Positions 1-9,282 of a stretch of DNA of 64,000 nucleotides are shown here, one piece after another; the first letter of the stretch is position 1, and each line of letters begins with the position of its first letter. Source of the stretch: an uncultured candidate division Zixibacteria bacterium. GTDB lineage: Bacteria; Zixibacteria; MSB-5A5; GN15; PGXB01. The position numbers and the translations under genes were made by a program. Below the pieces are notes generated by a model. It was not told the DNA's origin. It saw only the letters and a program-made list of their open reading frames with translations, and did no database searches. The stretch lies in NCBI GenBank assembly GCA_963702205.1, contig OY969724.1, positions 480,001-544,000 on the forward strand. The letters run 5' to 3'.

Positions 1-1659
1 CTGGTATCCGTCGAATATGGTCGTGCGGCAGGCGTCGACGGTCACCGGATCCCCCGGCCGGAGGCGGTCGGCCTCGACCAGCCCCATTATGGTCGGCAGA
101 TGAAATTCACGCGCGATAGTCGCCATGTGGCTGGCGACGCCGCCGGATTTGGTCACCAGGGCGCTGATGCGGCCCATCGCCGTGATCAGTCCCGGAAACG
201 GGCTGGGTGCAACAACCACGGCTTTATCGGGAATGTCGGCCAGGTCGGCGGTCGAGAGTGCATTGTATACCGGTCCTCCACCGACCCCGGGACAGACGGT
301 AAAGCCTCCGCGCAAAAGAACCTGCAGCTTTCCTATGTCCGGCTCGCCGGCGATTGTCCCGCAACGAAGAACCCGCAGAGGTCGGGCCTGCAGAAAATAC
401 AACTGGCCGGTGTGGTCAATGGCGAATTCTATGTCCTGCGGGCAGCCGTAATGTCTTTCCAGCATCATAGTATATTCGGCCAGCTGCCGAATCTGCCCCC
501 TGTCGAGGGTGGCTTCGAGCTGTTCCGAGATAGGCACGGCTATCTCGATTATTTGGCCGTTGTCGTCGCTGACCAGACAAATCGGCTTCGGTGTCAGATG
601 GATTTCCTGGCGATTGATATCCTGGCGCGATACCCGGAAACGATCCGGCTCGACTTTGCCGTCGACAAGATTCTTCCCGAGTCCGTACAGACTGCTTATA
701 ATCAGGCACCCGCTGTCAGGATTGACCGGGTCGCGCGAATATATAACGCCGCTAACGGCGGCATCGACCATCGCCACGCACCCGACTGACATGGCCAGTT
801 CCGATTCGGTCAAAGAATGACTCAGGAAATAATAAATGGCTTTCGGCGTAAACTTGCTGGCGATAATATCGCGATAGCGGTCGAGCAGATTGTCGCGGGT
901 GACATTGAGATAGGTGGCGTACTGGCCGGCAAAACTGAACAGAGTGTCCTCACCGAGCGCGCTCGAACGAAGGGCCACCCTCGCGCCGGGGGCGTTTTGG
1001 GTCATGCGGTCGAATTCTGTCCGGATGGCTTCGGCGAGGTCATCGGGCACCGGCGAGGATATCAGCATGTCGTTGATTTCGCGGCTGACCTCTTCAAGCT
1101 GCCGAAACTGCTTGATATCCAGCTTTTTGAGTTTCTCGCTGATGCGGGTTTGCAGGTCGTTGGAATCTATGAAATGTTTGTACGCCCAGGCGCTGATGGC
1201 AAACCCCTCCGGCACCGGCAGGCCGAGTTTGGTTTTCATCTCCCCGAGATGGGCGTTTTTGCTGCCGACACTGAAAGCCCGCTTGCTTTCGATTTTATCG
1301 AACGGAATAATGAAATCGTCTTCGGGAATGGGCTGATTACCGGGCATCAATTTTTCGACTCTGGCGTCGATGATATCGAACTGGTATTTTAAAGGCTTAT
1401 AGTCGTCGCCGCCCAGTTCCACCAGAAGCCAGATCAACTCCTCGACACTGAACCGGGCCTCATCGAGCGTGTTGCGGATGTAATTGGTATCGAAAACATA
1501 GTCACCCTGCGCCTTTTCTTCGAGATCGCTCATGATGGACAGGATGTGGTTGTTTTTTTCGAGCAGGCGGGAGAAAATATCGAATTTCTTCTTCAATTGA
1601 TCGAGGACGACTTTAACTTCCTCGTCACCGGCACTATGGCCTTTTCTCAACCATCCCAT
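1..1659 (-). CDS. PEP/pyruvate-binding (PEP synthase-like) protein with phospho-His swivel domain; 3' end runs off the window
   Basis: Manual translation of the - strand, absent from the ORF track because there is no stop in the window. It reads MGWLRKG...VGSKNAHLGE...VALRSSALGED...GGVASHMATIAREF...DGYQ. An alternative in-frame ATG lies at 1683. Confidence 0.85.
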   Translation of the reverse strand, partial: MGWLRKGHSAGDEEVKVVLDQLKKKFDIFSRLLEKNNHILSIMSDLEEKAQGDYVFDTNYIRNTLDEARFSVEELIWLLVELGGDDYKPLKYQFDIIDARVEKLMPGNQPIPEDDFIIPFDKIESKRAFSVGSKNAHLGEMKTKLGLPVPEGFAISAWAYKHFIDSNDLQTRISEKLKKLDIKQFRQLEEVSREINDMLISSPVPDDLAEAIRTEFDRMTQNAPGARVALRSSALGEDTLFSFAGQYATYLNVTRDNLLDRYRDIIASKFTPKAIYYFLSHSLTESELAMSVGCVAMVDAAVSGVIYSRDPVNPDSGCLIISSLYGLGKNLVDGKVEPDRFRVSRQDINRQEIHLTPKPICLVSDDNGQIIEIAVPISEQLEATLDRGQIRQLAEYTMMLERHYGCPQDIEFAIDHTGQLYFLQARPLRVLRCGTIAGEPDIGKLQVLLRGGFTVCPGVGGGPVYNALSTADLADIPDKAVVVAPSPFPGLITAMGRISALVTKSGGVASHMATIAREFHLPTIMGLVEADRLRPGDPVTVDACRTTIFDGYQ

Positions 1660-1890
1660 AAGAATTTTCTCCGCTAAGCCCATGGGGCTTTTGCCCGGCC
1701 GCACGGCGCGGTTTGGGTCATTCGGCTAAATATAGGCCGATGCCGGTTAAAGGCAAGCCAATTCAACACTTATATAAAACAAGACCGGTCCGCTTGGAGA
1801 ATTAATAAACACCGGCCTTGATAATCTGTCCCTTTTTTTATAATTTTCGTTTTCTGATATGGAACGGTAAATTAGAAACGAGGAAATATC

Positions 1891-3081
1891 ATGCAACCGA
1901 TTGAAATAGCCCCGAACGTATACTGTTTGAGCATCGTGGACTGGAACCTGCGCGACTTCCACGGCTATCAGACCGAAAAGGGATCGACCTATAATTCTTT
2001 TCTTGTCAAAGGTGAAAAGACGGTCCTGTTCGATACGACCAGGGCGTCGTTTACGAAAGAATATTTAGAAGGTTTAAAAAAGGTGGTCGAACCGTCGGCC
2101 ATAGATTTCATAGTCGTCAACCACGCCGAGATGGATCACTCCGGCGCGCTCCCGGAAGTAATCAAAGTCGTGCTGCCGGAAAAGTTGTACTGCACGGCCA
2201 ACGCGCAGAAAACTCTCTGCGCCCATTTCGACTGCGAGGGCTGGCCGTTTGAGACGGTAAAAGAAGGCGACACGCTCGATCTGGGCGGCAAGACGATTGA
2301 ATTCGTCGGCTCCCCGATGCTCCACTGGCCGGAGAGCATGGTTTCGTTTATCAAAGAAGATAAGGTTTTAATATCCAACGATATTTTCGGCCAGCACTTC
2401 GCCACCAACGAACGTTTCGACGATCTGGTCGAGCCGGGTGAACTGTACTTTCAGGCGGCCAAGTACTACGCCAATATCTTCTACCCGGTCTCGGCGGGGA
2501 TGCGCAAGTTCCTGGCCAGGCTGGAAAAGAAAGAGATTAAACCATCGCTTCTGGCTTGCGATCATGGCCTGCTCTGGCGCAAAGACGTTGATAAGATCAT
2601 GAATAAGTACGTCGACTGGTCGGAACACAGGAGCACTGCTAAAGCCGTAATCGTGTACGATACCATGTGGGAGAGTACGGCACACATGGCTCGGACCATC
2701 GCCGACGGTCTCGACTCCGATGGAATCTCCGTGCGCGTGTTCGACCTTCGCTGCAACAACCGCAGCGATATAATCACCGAAATTCTCGAAGCGCGGGCAG
2801 TAATTGTCGGTTCCTCGGTATTGAATAAAAATATCCTGCCGAAAATGGCCGACTTTCTGACCTATATGAAGGGTCTTTCTCCTCAGAACAAACTGGCGGC
2901 GGCCTTCGGATCGTACGGCTGGCAGGACACGATCGTCAAACAGCTGAACGGTATGCTCGAAGAAATGAAATTCGAGTTGGTCGACGACGGTGTCAGCTCC
3001 AACTACGTCCCCGGCGGCGAGGATCTCACCCGGTGCTTTGCTCTCGGGGAAAAAATCAGGGACAAAATTCGCGGTGCATAG
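1891..3081 (+). CDS. fprA: Flavodiiron protein (FprA/Roo; metallo-beta-lactamase + flavodoxin domains), O2/NO reductase
   Basis: NHAEMDHSG, LHWPESM, NDIFGQH and CDHG diiron motifs; YDTMWEST and FGSYGW flavodoxin motifs; GAGGA RBS. Confidence 0.93.
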   Translation: MQPIEIAPNVYCLSIVDWNLRDFHGYQTEKGSTYNSFLVKGEKTVLFDTTRASFTKEYLEGLKKVVEPSAIDFIVVNHAEMDHSGALPEVIKVVLPEKLYCTANAQKTLCAHFDCEGWPFETVKEGDTLDLGGKTIEFVGSPMLHWPESMVSFIKEDKVLISNDIFGQHFATNERFDDLVEPGELYFQAAKYYANIFYPVSAGMRKFLARLEKKEIKPSLLACDHGLLWRKDVDKIMNKYVDWSEHRSTAKAVIVYDTMWESTAHMARTIADGLDSDGISVRVFDLRCNNRSDIITEILEARAVIVGSSVLNKNILPKMADFLTYMKGLSPQNKLAAAFGSYGWQDTIVKQLNGMLEEMKFELVDDGVSSNYVPGGEDLTRCFALGEKIRDKIRGA

Positions 3082-3084
3082 ACA

Positions 3085-4129
3085 ATGAACATTCTCATGG
3101 CTCTGGCCCAGATCGAGATGACCGGTGCGGAAACGTACGCCGTAGCCATCTGCGATGAACTGATCAATCGCGGTCATAAGGTCTATATAATGTCGGATAA
3201 TCTGAGCCGCAAGACCAGGGCGGAATATCACCCGATGCGTTTTTGCCTGAGGAACTACCCCAATCGCTACCGCATAATAAAAAAGCTCATGGCTTTCATC
3301 CGGGAGAAGGATATCGACCTGATTCACGCCCACGCCCGGGCCTCGAGCTGGGTTTCGTTCGTCGCAAGCCGCCTGACCGGGACGCCCATGCTGACGACGT
3401 TGCACAGCCGCCAGGCGATCCACTTATCCAAAAAGATATTTCCGGCGTTCGGCGACCTTTCCATAGCGATTTGCGAAAACGTGAAAACCCACACGGTCAA
3501 CCGCCTCGGTATCGACCCGGACAAAATAGTCATCCTGCGAAACGGTATCGACACCGATGCCTTCGCGCCGTCATTCGCCGAGACGAACAATCACAAACCG
3601 GTCGTATCCATTATCGGGCGGCTGTCCGGACCCAAAGGTGAGATTGCGTACCGCCTGATGGATGAAGTTTTCGAGTACCGATAAGTACACCATAAAATCA
3701 ATCGGAGGAAGCGATATACCGATTAAATTCGGGAAATTCGCAGGGAACGTGGAATTTATCGGCTACGTCGACGACGTTACCGGATTTATGGCGCAGTCCG
3801 ATGCCGTTGTCGGCGCCGGTCGGGTGGCGATGGAAGCAATCCTGATGGGCCGCCCCGTGGTGGCGGTGGGTGAAGACACCTCGCTGGGGTTTATTACCGC
3901 CGACAACGTCGGGAAGGCCCTGGCCAACAATTTCGGCGACTGGAACGAAGACGAAATAAAAACCCACGATCTCGCCCCGCTCAGGACAGATATCTTGAAA
4001 GCTATCGAGAAAAAGCGCTCCGACGACGAAGTTATTGCCAAAGTTAAAGATGAATTCGATATTAAACTAATTGTCGATCGCCTGGAAAAAATTTACCGGG
4101 GACAAATTGAATTAAAGAAAAAAAAATAA
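3085..4129 (+). CDS. GT4-family glycosyltransferase, split by a +1 frameshift at ~3678 (sequencing error or pseudogene)
   Basis: ORF 3085-3684 (TGAETYA, DLIHAH, NGID) and ORF 3662-4129 (EFIGYVDD, GRVAMEAILMGRPVV) join as ..VFEYDKY.. if one C of TACCGAT is removed. This matches the downstream paralog (..VFEYGKY..). Confidence 0.82.
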
Positions 4130-4177
4130 TTCACCCCTGAATATCGGCCCAATCTTCGGCCGATATGAGTACATATT

Positions 4178-5212
4178 ATGAATATCATCATGGCCCTGCT
4201 GCCGTCGGAATCATCCGACGCCGAAAAGTACGTTGTTAACCTGTCCGATGAACTCCTGCGCCGGGGCCACAACGTCTATATCTTAGCCGATACGATAACC
4301 CGCGACAGCGAAACCGAGCATATACCATTTCCCTTCTGCGAAATCGGTTTATCGAACTGCGTTCGGAATATCATGGCACTGCGGCGGTTTATTGCAGACA
4401 TCGAGATCGACCTGATCCACGCCCACGGGGCCGACCGAAGCGTATATTGGGCCGCGCGCACGAGCGGCATTCCGTTGGTGACGACCCTGCACTGCTTCCA
4501 ACCGGAGACCAAACGAAGTATATCTCCGTCACTTCACGGCCAGAGGACAGTTGTTGCGTGGGAGCAAATCAAGACGGCAGCGGTCGAAACCGGCGGGATA
4601 AAAGCAGATAAAATCGAAACTGTCACTACCGGGATCGATCCCGATCATTTCGCCCCACGGACTTTCAAGAAAAAATCCTCACGGCCGATCGTCATCCTGG
4701 TCGGCGGCCTGTCCGGCCACCGGGGGCAAATCGCTTTGAAAATGATGCAGGAAGTGTTCGAGTACGGTAAGTACAATGTTCGCGTCATCGGTGACGATTA
4801 TCTTCCGGCGGAATTCGCCGAGTTCGAAAATACGGTCGAGCTGGTCGGTGCCTCGAACGATCCGAGGCCCCACTTGGCCGAATCCGCCGTGGTGATCGCG
4901 TCAGGGTCGGCGGCGGTCGAGGCAATTATGATGGGCCGTCCGCTGGTGGCGGTCGGTCCGGCCCGGAGTTTGGGGTTGATCGACGAGGACAACATCGAAG
5001 AAGCTATCACCTGTGCTTTCGGTGATATCGACTGCAAAGGCCGTGTCCGTCACAATTTCGAGGTGATACAAAGAGATATCGGCCGGGGCATAGCGCAGAA
5101 GTATACCAGCGACGGCGTACACGAAATCGTATTGAAGACGTTCGGCCTCAAAAAAATCGCCGACCGAATCGAGAGCATCTACGAAGAACTTATCGAGCGA
5201 ACCAAAAAATAG
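4178..5212 (+). CDS. GT4-family glycosyltransferase, tandem paralog of the previous gene
   Basis: Colinear similarity to 3085-4129 (MNIIMAL, DLIHAHG, GIDPDHF, EAIMMGRPLVAVG). Confidence 0.8.
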   Translation: MNIIMALLPSESSDAEKYVVNLSDELLRRGHNVYILADTITRDSETEHIPFPFCEIGLSNCVRNIMALRRFIADIEIDLIHAHGADRSVYWAARTSGIPLVTTLHCFQPETKRSISPSLHGQRTVVAWEQIKTAAVETGGIKADKIETVTTGIDPDHFAPRTFKKKSSRPIVILVGGLSGHRGQIALKMMQEVFEYGKYNVRVIGDDYLPAEFAEFENTVELVGASNDPRPHLAESAVVIASGSAAVEAIMMGRPLVAVGPARSLGLIDEDNIEEAITCAFGDIDCKGRVRHNFEVIQRDIGRGIAQKYTSDGVHEIVLKTFGLKKIADRIESIYEELIERTKK

Positions 5213-5285
5213 TTTTCTACCTTACGATTTTGTTACCCACCTAACGGACGGATGACTTTGATTTTGCACCAAATAGCGGTTGTCA

Positions 5286-5618
5286 CAGATTTTGTAGCCC
5301 ACCCAACGGGTGGTTCAATCTGATTTTACACTGAATACTAATGGCCTAAGGTAAAGGCCTGATCATCTCTTCATAAATATCTGGAAGGCCTTGATACCGG
5401 AAACCGTGGCGATCGAGACTATGGCGCCCGCGATCACCACTCCCCCGGCCAGATTTTGTAGCCCACCCAACGGGTGGTTCAATCTGATTTTACACTGAAT
5501 ACTAATGGCCGAAGGTAAAGGCCTGATCATCTCTTCATAAATATCTGGAAGGCCTTGATACCGGAAACCGTGGCGATCGAGACTATGACGCCCGCGATCA
5601 CCACTCCCCCGGCCAGAT
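5286..5618. repeat. 164-bp tandem duplication that copies the 3' end of the small multidrug export gene
   Basis: Units start at 5286 and 5450. CAGAT occurs at 5286, 5450 and 5614. Two mismatches between copies. Confidence 0.92.
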
Positions 5619-6003
5619 ACCAGAATGATTTCCTGGCGTCGAGCTTCAGAATCCACGCCGCCAGTGTCCCGGTATAGGCGCCCGTCACGGGCAGTGGAAT
5701 GGCCACGAACAGCATCACCCCCCAATATCCGTATTTGACGACATTCTTCTCGGCCTTCCGGCGCGTGCGCTCAACCCATTTATCGAAGAGAACTTTATAG
5801 AAACCAATTTTATAGAACTGCTTGTGAAGAGTCTCCAGAAACAGGTAAACGATCGGGATGACCAGAATATTGGACAACACGCACAACACATACGCCGTCA
5901 CGAGTGAGATATCATTGGCCACGGCGTACGGAATCCCGCCGCGAAGCTCTGAAATCGGCAACAGCGACAGAATAAAGGCATATAGCAGCGGGTTACTTGA
6001 CAT
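5527..6003 (-). CDS. Small multi-drug export family membrane protein (COG2426-like)
   Basis: LLPISELRGGIPYA and FVAIPLPVTGAYTG signature segments; about four TM helices. Confidence 0.85.
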   Translation of the reverse strand: MSSNPLLYAFILSLLPISELRGGIPYAVANDISLVTAYVLCVLSNILVIPIVYLFLETLHKQFYKIGFYKVLFDKWVERTRRKAEKNVVKYGYWGVMLFVAIPLPVTGAYTGTLAAWILKLDARKSFWYLAGGVVIAGVIVSIATVSGIKAFQIFMKR

Positions 6004-6201
6004 AGCATTCTTTCAATTCGGCGGCTAAGATATTAATAAACGGCCTCTTTTACAATAAATATAATTTTGTTTCGTTTCGGTGATGGTTTCGATTCGCCGC
6101 GTTCCTGGCAAGTCAATAATCGTGGCCGCCCGCCGATAATTAACCAAAAGAATCCGTATTTATTAAGACGGCCCGCCGTACGAAAAATAACCGAGGAATA
6201 T

Positions 6202-7050
6202 ATGTCCAAACCCGCCGGTAATGAACTCAAAATCGGTGAACTGCCGACATTGAAGATAGTCGATATCGAAAAGCTGCGATTCCACGAAAACCCCGATGAT
6301 TTCCGTAAGACTAAACTGGCGGAGAGATTTAAGGCCGAAAAAATCCTCAAGAACCCGCCAATCGTGGCCCAGCGCAACGGCGACGGCGAATATATCATCC
6401 TCGACGGCGCCAACCGGGTGACGGCTTTGGCAGATCTGGGGCTGAAACATATAGTCGTGCAGGTAGTCGATATCGACGACCGCCTACTGATAGTCGACAG
6501 CTGGCACCACGCCATCGAAAAGCTGGATCGGGAATTTTTCAAGAAACGTATCACCGAAATCGAAGGCGTCACCTGCTTCGATCAGACCGGGGATATCTCA
6601 GCCGATGATACAGAACGACTTTGCACGTTGATATTCTCCGATGGCCGGAGCTGTACGGTCGACTCCGATGGTGACCTCGGGACGCTGGTCGGCCGGCTTT
6701 CTCAGGTCACTGAATTGTACCTGCACGATGAAATTTACGACCGCGTCAGCTACATCAACCTGGAGCATCTTAAAATGCACTATCCCGATTTCCGGACGCT
6801 CGTTTCGTTTCGCAATTTCGACAAAGAAGAACTGCTCGAACTGGCTTTGAACGGTATCAAACTCCCCTCCGGTATAACCCGCGTCTTTCTGCCCAAGCGG
6901 GCGCTGGGCCTTAATATGGACTTGAAATTTCTGGAAGCCGACCGCTCACTCGAAGATAAAAATAAAGAGCTGGACGGTATGATCCTGTCCATGGTTCGCG
7001 CCAAATCGATTCGATTTTATCGCGAACCGACTTTCGCTTTCGATGAATAA
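6202..7050 (+). CDS. ParB/sulfiredoxin-fold protein, SbnI/SerK-like putative L-serine kinase (282 aa)
   Basis: ATG at 6202 after GAGGA. LRFHE, NPPIV, ILDGANR, SWHH, LPSGITRVFLPKRALGL and IRFYREPTF are colinear with S. aureus SbnI as recalled. Confidence 0.78.
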   Translation: MSKPAGNELKIGELPTLKIVDIEKLRFHENPDDFRKTKLAERFKAEKILKNPPIVAQRNGDGEYIILDGANRVTALADLGLKHIVVQVVDIDDRLLIVDSWHHAIEKLDREFFKKRITEIEGVTCFDQTGDISADDTERLCTLIFSDGRSCTVDSDGDLGTLVGRLSQVTELYLHDEIYDRVSYINLEHLKMHYPDFRTLVSFRNFDKEELLELALNGIKLPSGITRVFLPKRALGLNMDLKFLEADRSLEDKNKELDGMILSMVRAKSIRFYREPTFAFDE

Positions 7051-7075
7051 TTGTTTTCGATAAAGGAGAACCGAT

Positions 7076-8431
7076 ATGGACAACACCCGCTGCCTTTTGG
7101 ACGAAAAAGACCTGCCCAAAGCCTGGTACAATGTCATCCCCGACCTTCCCAAGCCGCTTCCGCCGGTTTTGCACCCGGGCACCAAACAGCCGATCGGTCC
7201 GGACGACCTGGCCCCCCTGTTTCCGATGGAACTGATCAAGCAGGAAGTCAGTACCGACTGCTGGATCGAAATACCCGAGCCGATTCGCGACGTCTACAAA
7301 TTATGGCGTCCATCGCCGCTGCACCGGGCCCGTCGCCTGGAGAAGCTGCTCGATACTCCGGCCAAAATATATTATAAAAATGAATCGGTCAGCCCGACCG
7401 GCTCGCACAAGCCCAATACCGCCGTCGCGCAGGCTTATTATAACATGAACGAAGGGGTTAAACGACTGTCGACCGAAACCGGTGCCGGACAGTGGGGCAG
7501 CGCTCTGTCGTTCGCCTGCAAAACGTTCAACCTCGGCTGTACCGTCTACATGGTCAAAGTCAGCTTCGAACAAAAACCGTACCGCAAGACGCTTATGCAG
7601 ATGTTCGGCGCGACCGTACACCCGTCGCCGACCAAGCTCACACGGGCCGGTCAGACCATTCTTAGTGACCACCCCGATTCCCCCGGTTCGCTCGGGATAG
7701 CAATAAGCGAGGCGGTCGAAGACGCCGCTACTCACGATGATACAAAGTACTCCCTGGGCAGCGTTCTCAACCACGTCTGCCTGCACCAAACGGTAACCGG
7801 GCTGGAAACCAGGATTCAACTTGAAAAGCTCGATATCTATCCCGACGTCCTGATCGGATGCGTCGGCGGCGGATCGAACTTCTCGGGTCTGATTTTTCCC
7901 TTCGTCAAAGATAAGCTGACCAATCACAAGAACCTCCGCCTGATCGCGGCGGAACCGAGCGCCTGCCCGACTCTGACCAAAGGCATTTATCATTACGATT
8001 TCGGCGACACGGTCGGTTTGACGCCGCTGATCAAGATGTACACGCTCGGCTCGAAGTTTATCCCGGCCCCGATTCACGCCGGTGGATTGCGCTATCACGG
8101 CGACGCTCCGATTTTGTGCCTGCTGCACGACGAAAAAGTGATCGAAGCCGTGGCGTACCGTCAGAACGATATCTTCTCGGCGGCCATAACGTTTGCGCAG
8201 GCCGAGGGTATTATCCCCGCCCCGGAAAGCGCACACGCCATCCGGGCGGCGATCGACGAAGCACTCAAATGCAAGGAATCCGGCCAGGCCAAAACGATTG
8301 TCTTTTTATTGAGCGGGCACGGGTATTTCGATCTGGCCGCCTACGAAAATTACAATTCGGGCAACCTGATCGATGCTGACTTCCCGGCCGAGCAGTTGAA
8401 AGACCTGTCCTCGAGACTGCCGCAGGTTTAG
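7076..8431 (+). CDS. trpB2: TrpB2-type tryptophan synthase beta chain (stand-alone; no trpA in window)
   Basis: [11 protein letters not shown] (PLP Lys), [26 protein letters not shown] and PAPESAHA motifs; long N-terminal extension typical of TrpB2; AAGGAG RBS. Confidence 0.93.
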   Translation: MDNTRCLLDEKDLPKAWYNVIPDLPKPLPPVLHPGTKQPIGPDDLAPLFPMELIKQEVSTDCWIEIPEPIRDVYKLWRPSPLHRARRLEKLLDTPAKIYYKNESVSPTGSHKPNTAVAQAYYNMNEGVKRLSTETGAGQWGSALSFACKTFNLGCTVYMVKVSFEQKPYRKTLMQMFGATVHPSPTKLTRAGQTILSDHPDSPGSLGIAISEAVEDAATHDDTKYSLGSVLNHVCLHQTVTGLETRIQLEKLDIYPDVLIGCVGGGSNFSGLIFPFVKDKLTNHKNLRLIAAEPSACPTLTKGIYHYDFGDTVGLTPLIKMYTLGSKFIPAPIHAGGLRYHGDAPILCLLHDEKVIEAVAYRQNDIFSAAITFAQAEGIIPAPESAHAIRAAIDEALKCKESGQAKTIVFLLSGHGYFDLAAYENYNSGNLIDADFPAEQLKDLSSRLPQV

Positions 8432-8544
8432 TATGAAATATATACCGGCAGGCGCGAAGAGGTTATTCTAAAAGTACCTTTTCAAGTTTCGCGGGGTCTT
8501 GACCCGACGCAGTCGGGATGTGACCCTGCGGTCTTCGATGGTTG

Positions 8545-8592
8545 CCGTCGGGTGACAATTTCGACAAAATCGAAATCAACACCCGACGGAAC
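8545..8592. repeat. REP-like palindrome, GTTC-footed family
   Basis: CCGTCGGGTG...CACCCGACGGAAC. Further copies at 26513-26560, 57659-57706 and, inverted, 49113-49160. Confidence 0.75.
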
Positions 8593-8645
8593 GCTTTTGG
8601 CACGGCCTATAGAAGCCTGCTGAATTTATGGTCCGCAAATAATTT

Positions 8646-9185
8646 TTATTTAACTATCTTCGCTATCTGTTTGAACTGATCGCCTCCGGCTTTTCCGAGC
8701 ATCTCGAACAGAGACATTTCGGTCGTCGTAGGTACCGCCCCGGCGTCTTTCATACGTTCGATACCGATCCTGCGGTTCACTTTGTACCGTGACGACACGG
8801 CATCGACCACGAGATGTACCTCATAACCGGCCCTGATCAGGTCGACCGCTGTCAGATAAACGCAGATGTGCGTCTCGATACCGATCAGCAGTACCTGCTT
8901 GCGGCCGGTCTCTTTCAGCCTGTCCATAAAAGCGGGATTTCCACAGCAGGAGAAGCTGCTTTTGGGCAGTGGAGCGATGTCAGTCAGGACTTCTTTTAGC
9001 GGGGCAATGGTCTCGCCGAGTTTTTCCGGGACCTGTTCGTTCCAGATGATCGGAATCTCCAGGACTTTCGCCGCCTGAGCCATCCTGACCAGATTTTCAA
9101 ATAAAATATCTTTGTCTTTCATCAGGGTGGCCAGTTTGCCCTGAACGTCGACTATAACCAGCACGGCATTATTGGATGTAAGCAT
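8646..9185 (-). CDS. Isochorismatase/cysteine hydrolase family protein (YcaC-like)
   Basis: IVDVQGKL, EQVPEKLG, KSSFSC and GIETHICV motifs. Confidence 0.88.
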   Translation of the reverse strand: MLTSNNAVLVIVDVQGKLATLMKDKDILFENLVRMAQAAKVLEIPIIWNEQVPEKLGETIAPLKEVLTDIAPLPKSSFSCCGNPAFMDRLKETGRKQVLLIGIETHICVYLTAVDLIRAGYEVHLVVDAVSSRYKVNRRIGIERMKDAGAVPTTTEMSLFEMLGKAGGDQFKQIAKIVK

Positions 9186-9282
9186 ATCTATTTCCTTTTG
9201 TTTGTTTGGCTATATAAACACCCGGATATGCTGGAGGTTCGGCACATATTTAATTCGAAATGGTAATTTAATACCGATTGGA

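Noticed and set aside
100..1392. + strand ORFs (229, 191, 140 aa and others)
   Set aside because: Antisense to the PEP-synthase-like gene on the - strand.
5363..5725. 120-aa ORF sharing the export protein C-terminus
   Set aside because: By-product of the 164-bp duplication; no RBS.
6202..7050. Chromosome-partitioning ParB
   Set aside because: No parA, no HTH or dimerisation domain, and the C-terminus resembles SbnI.
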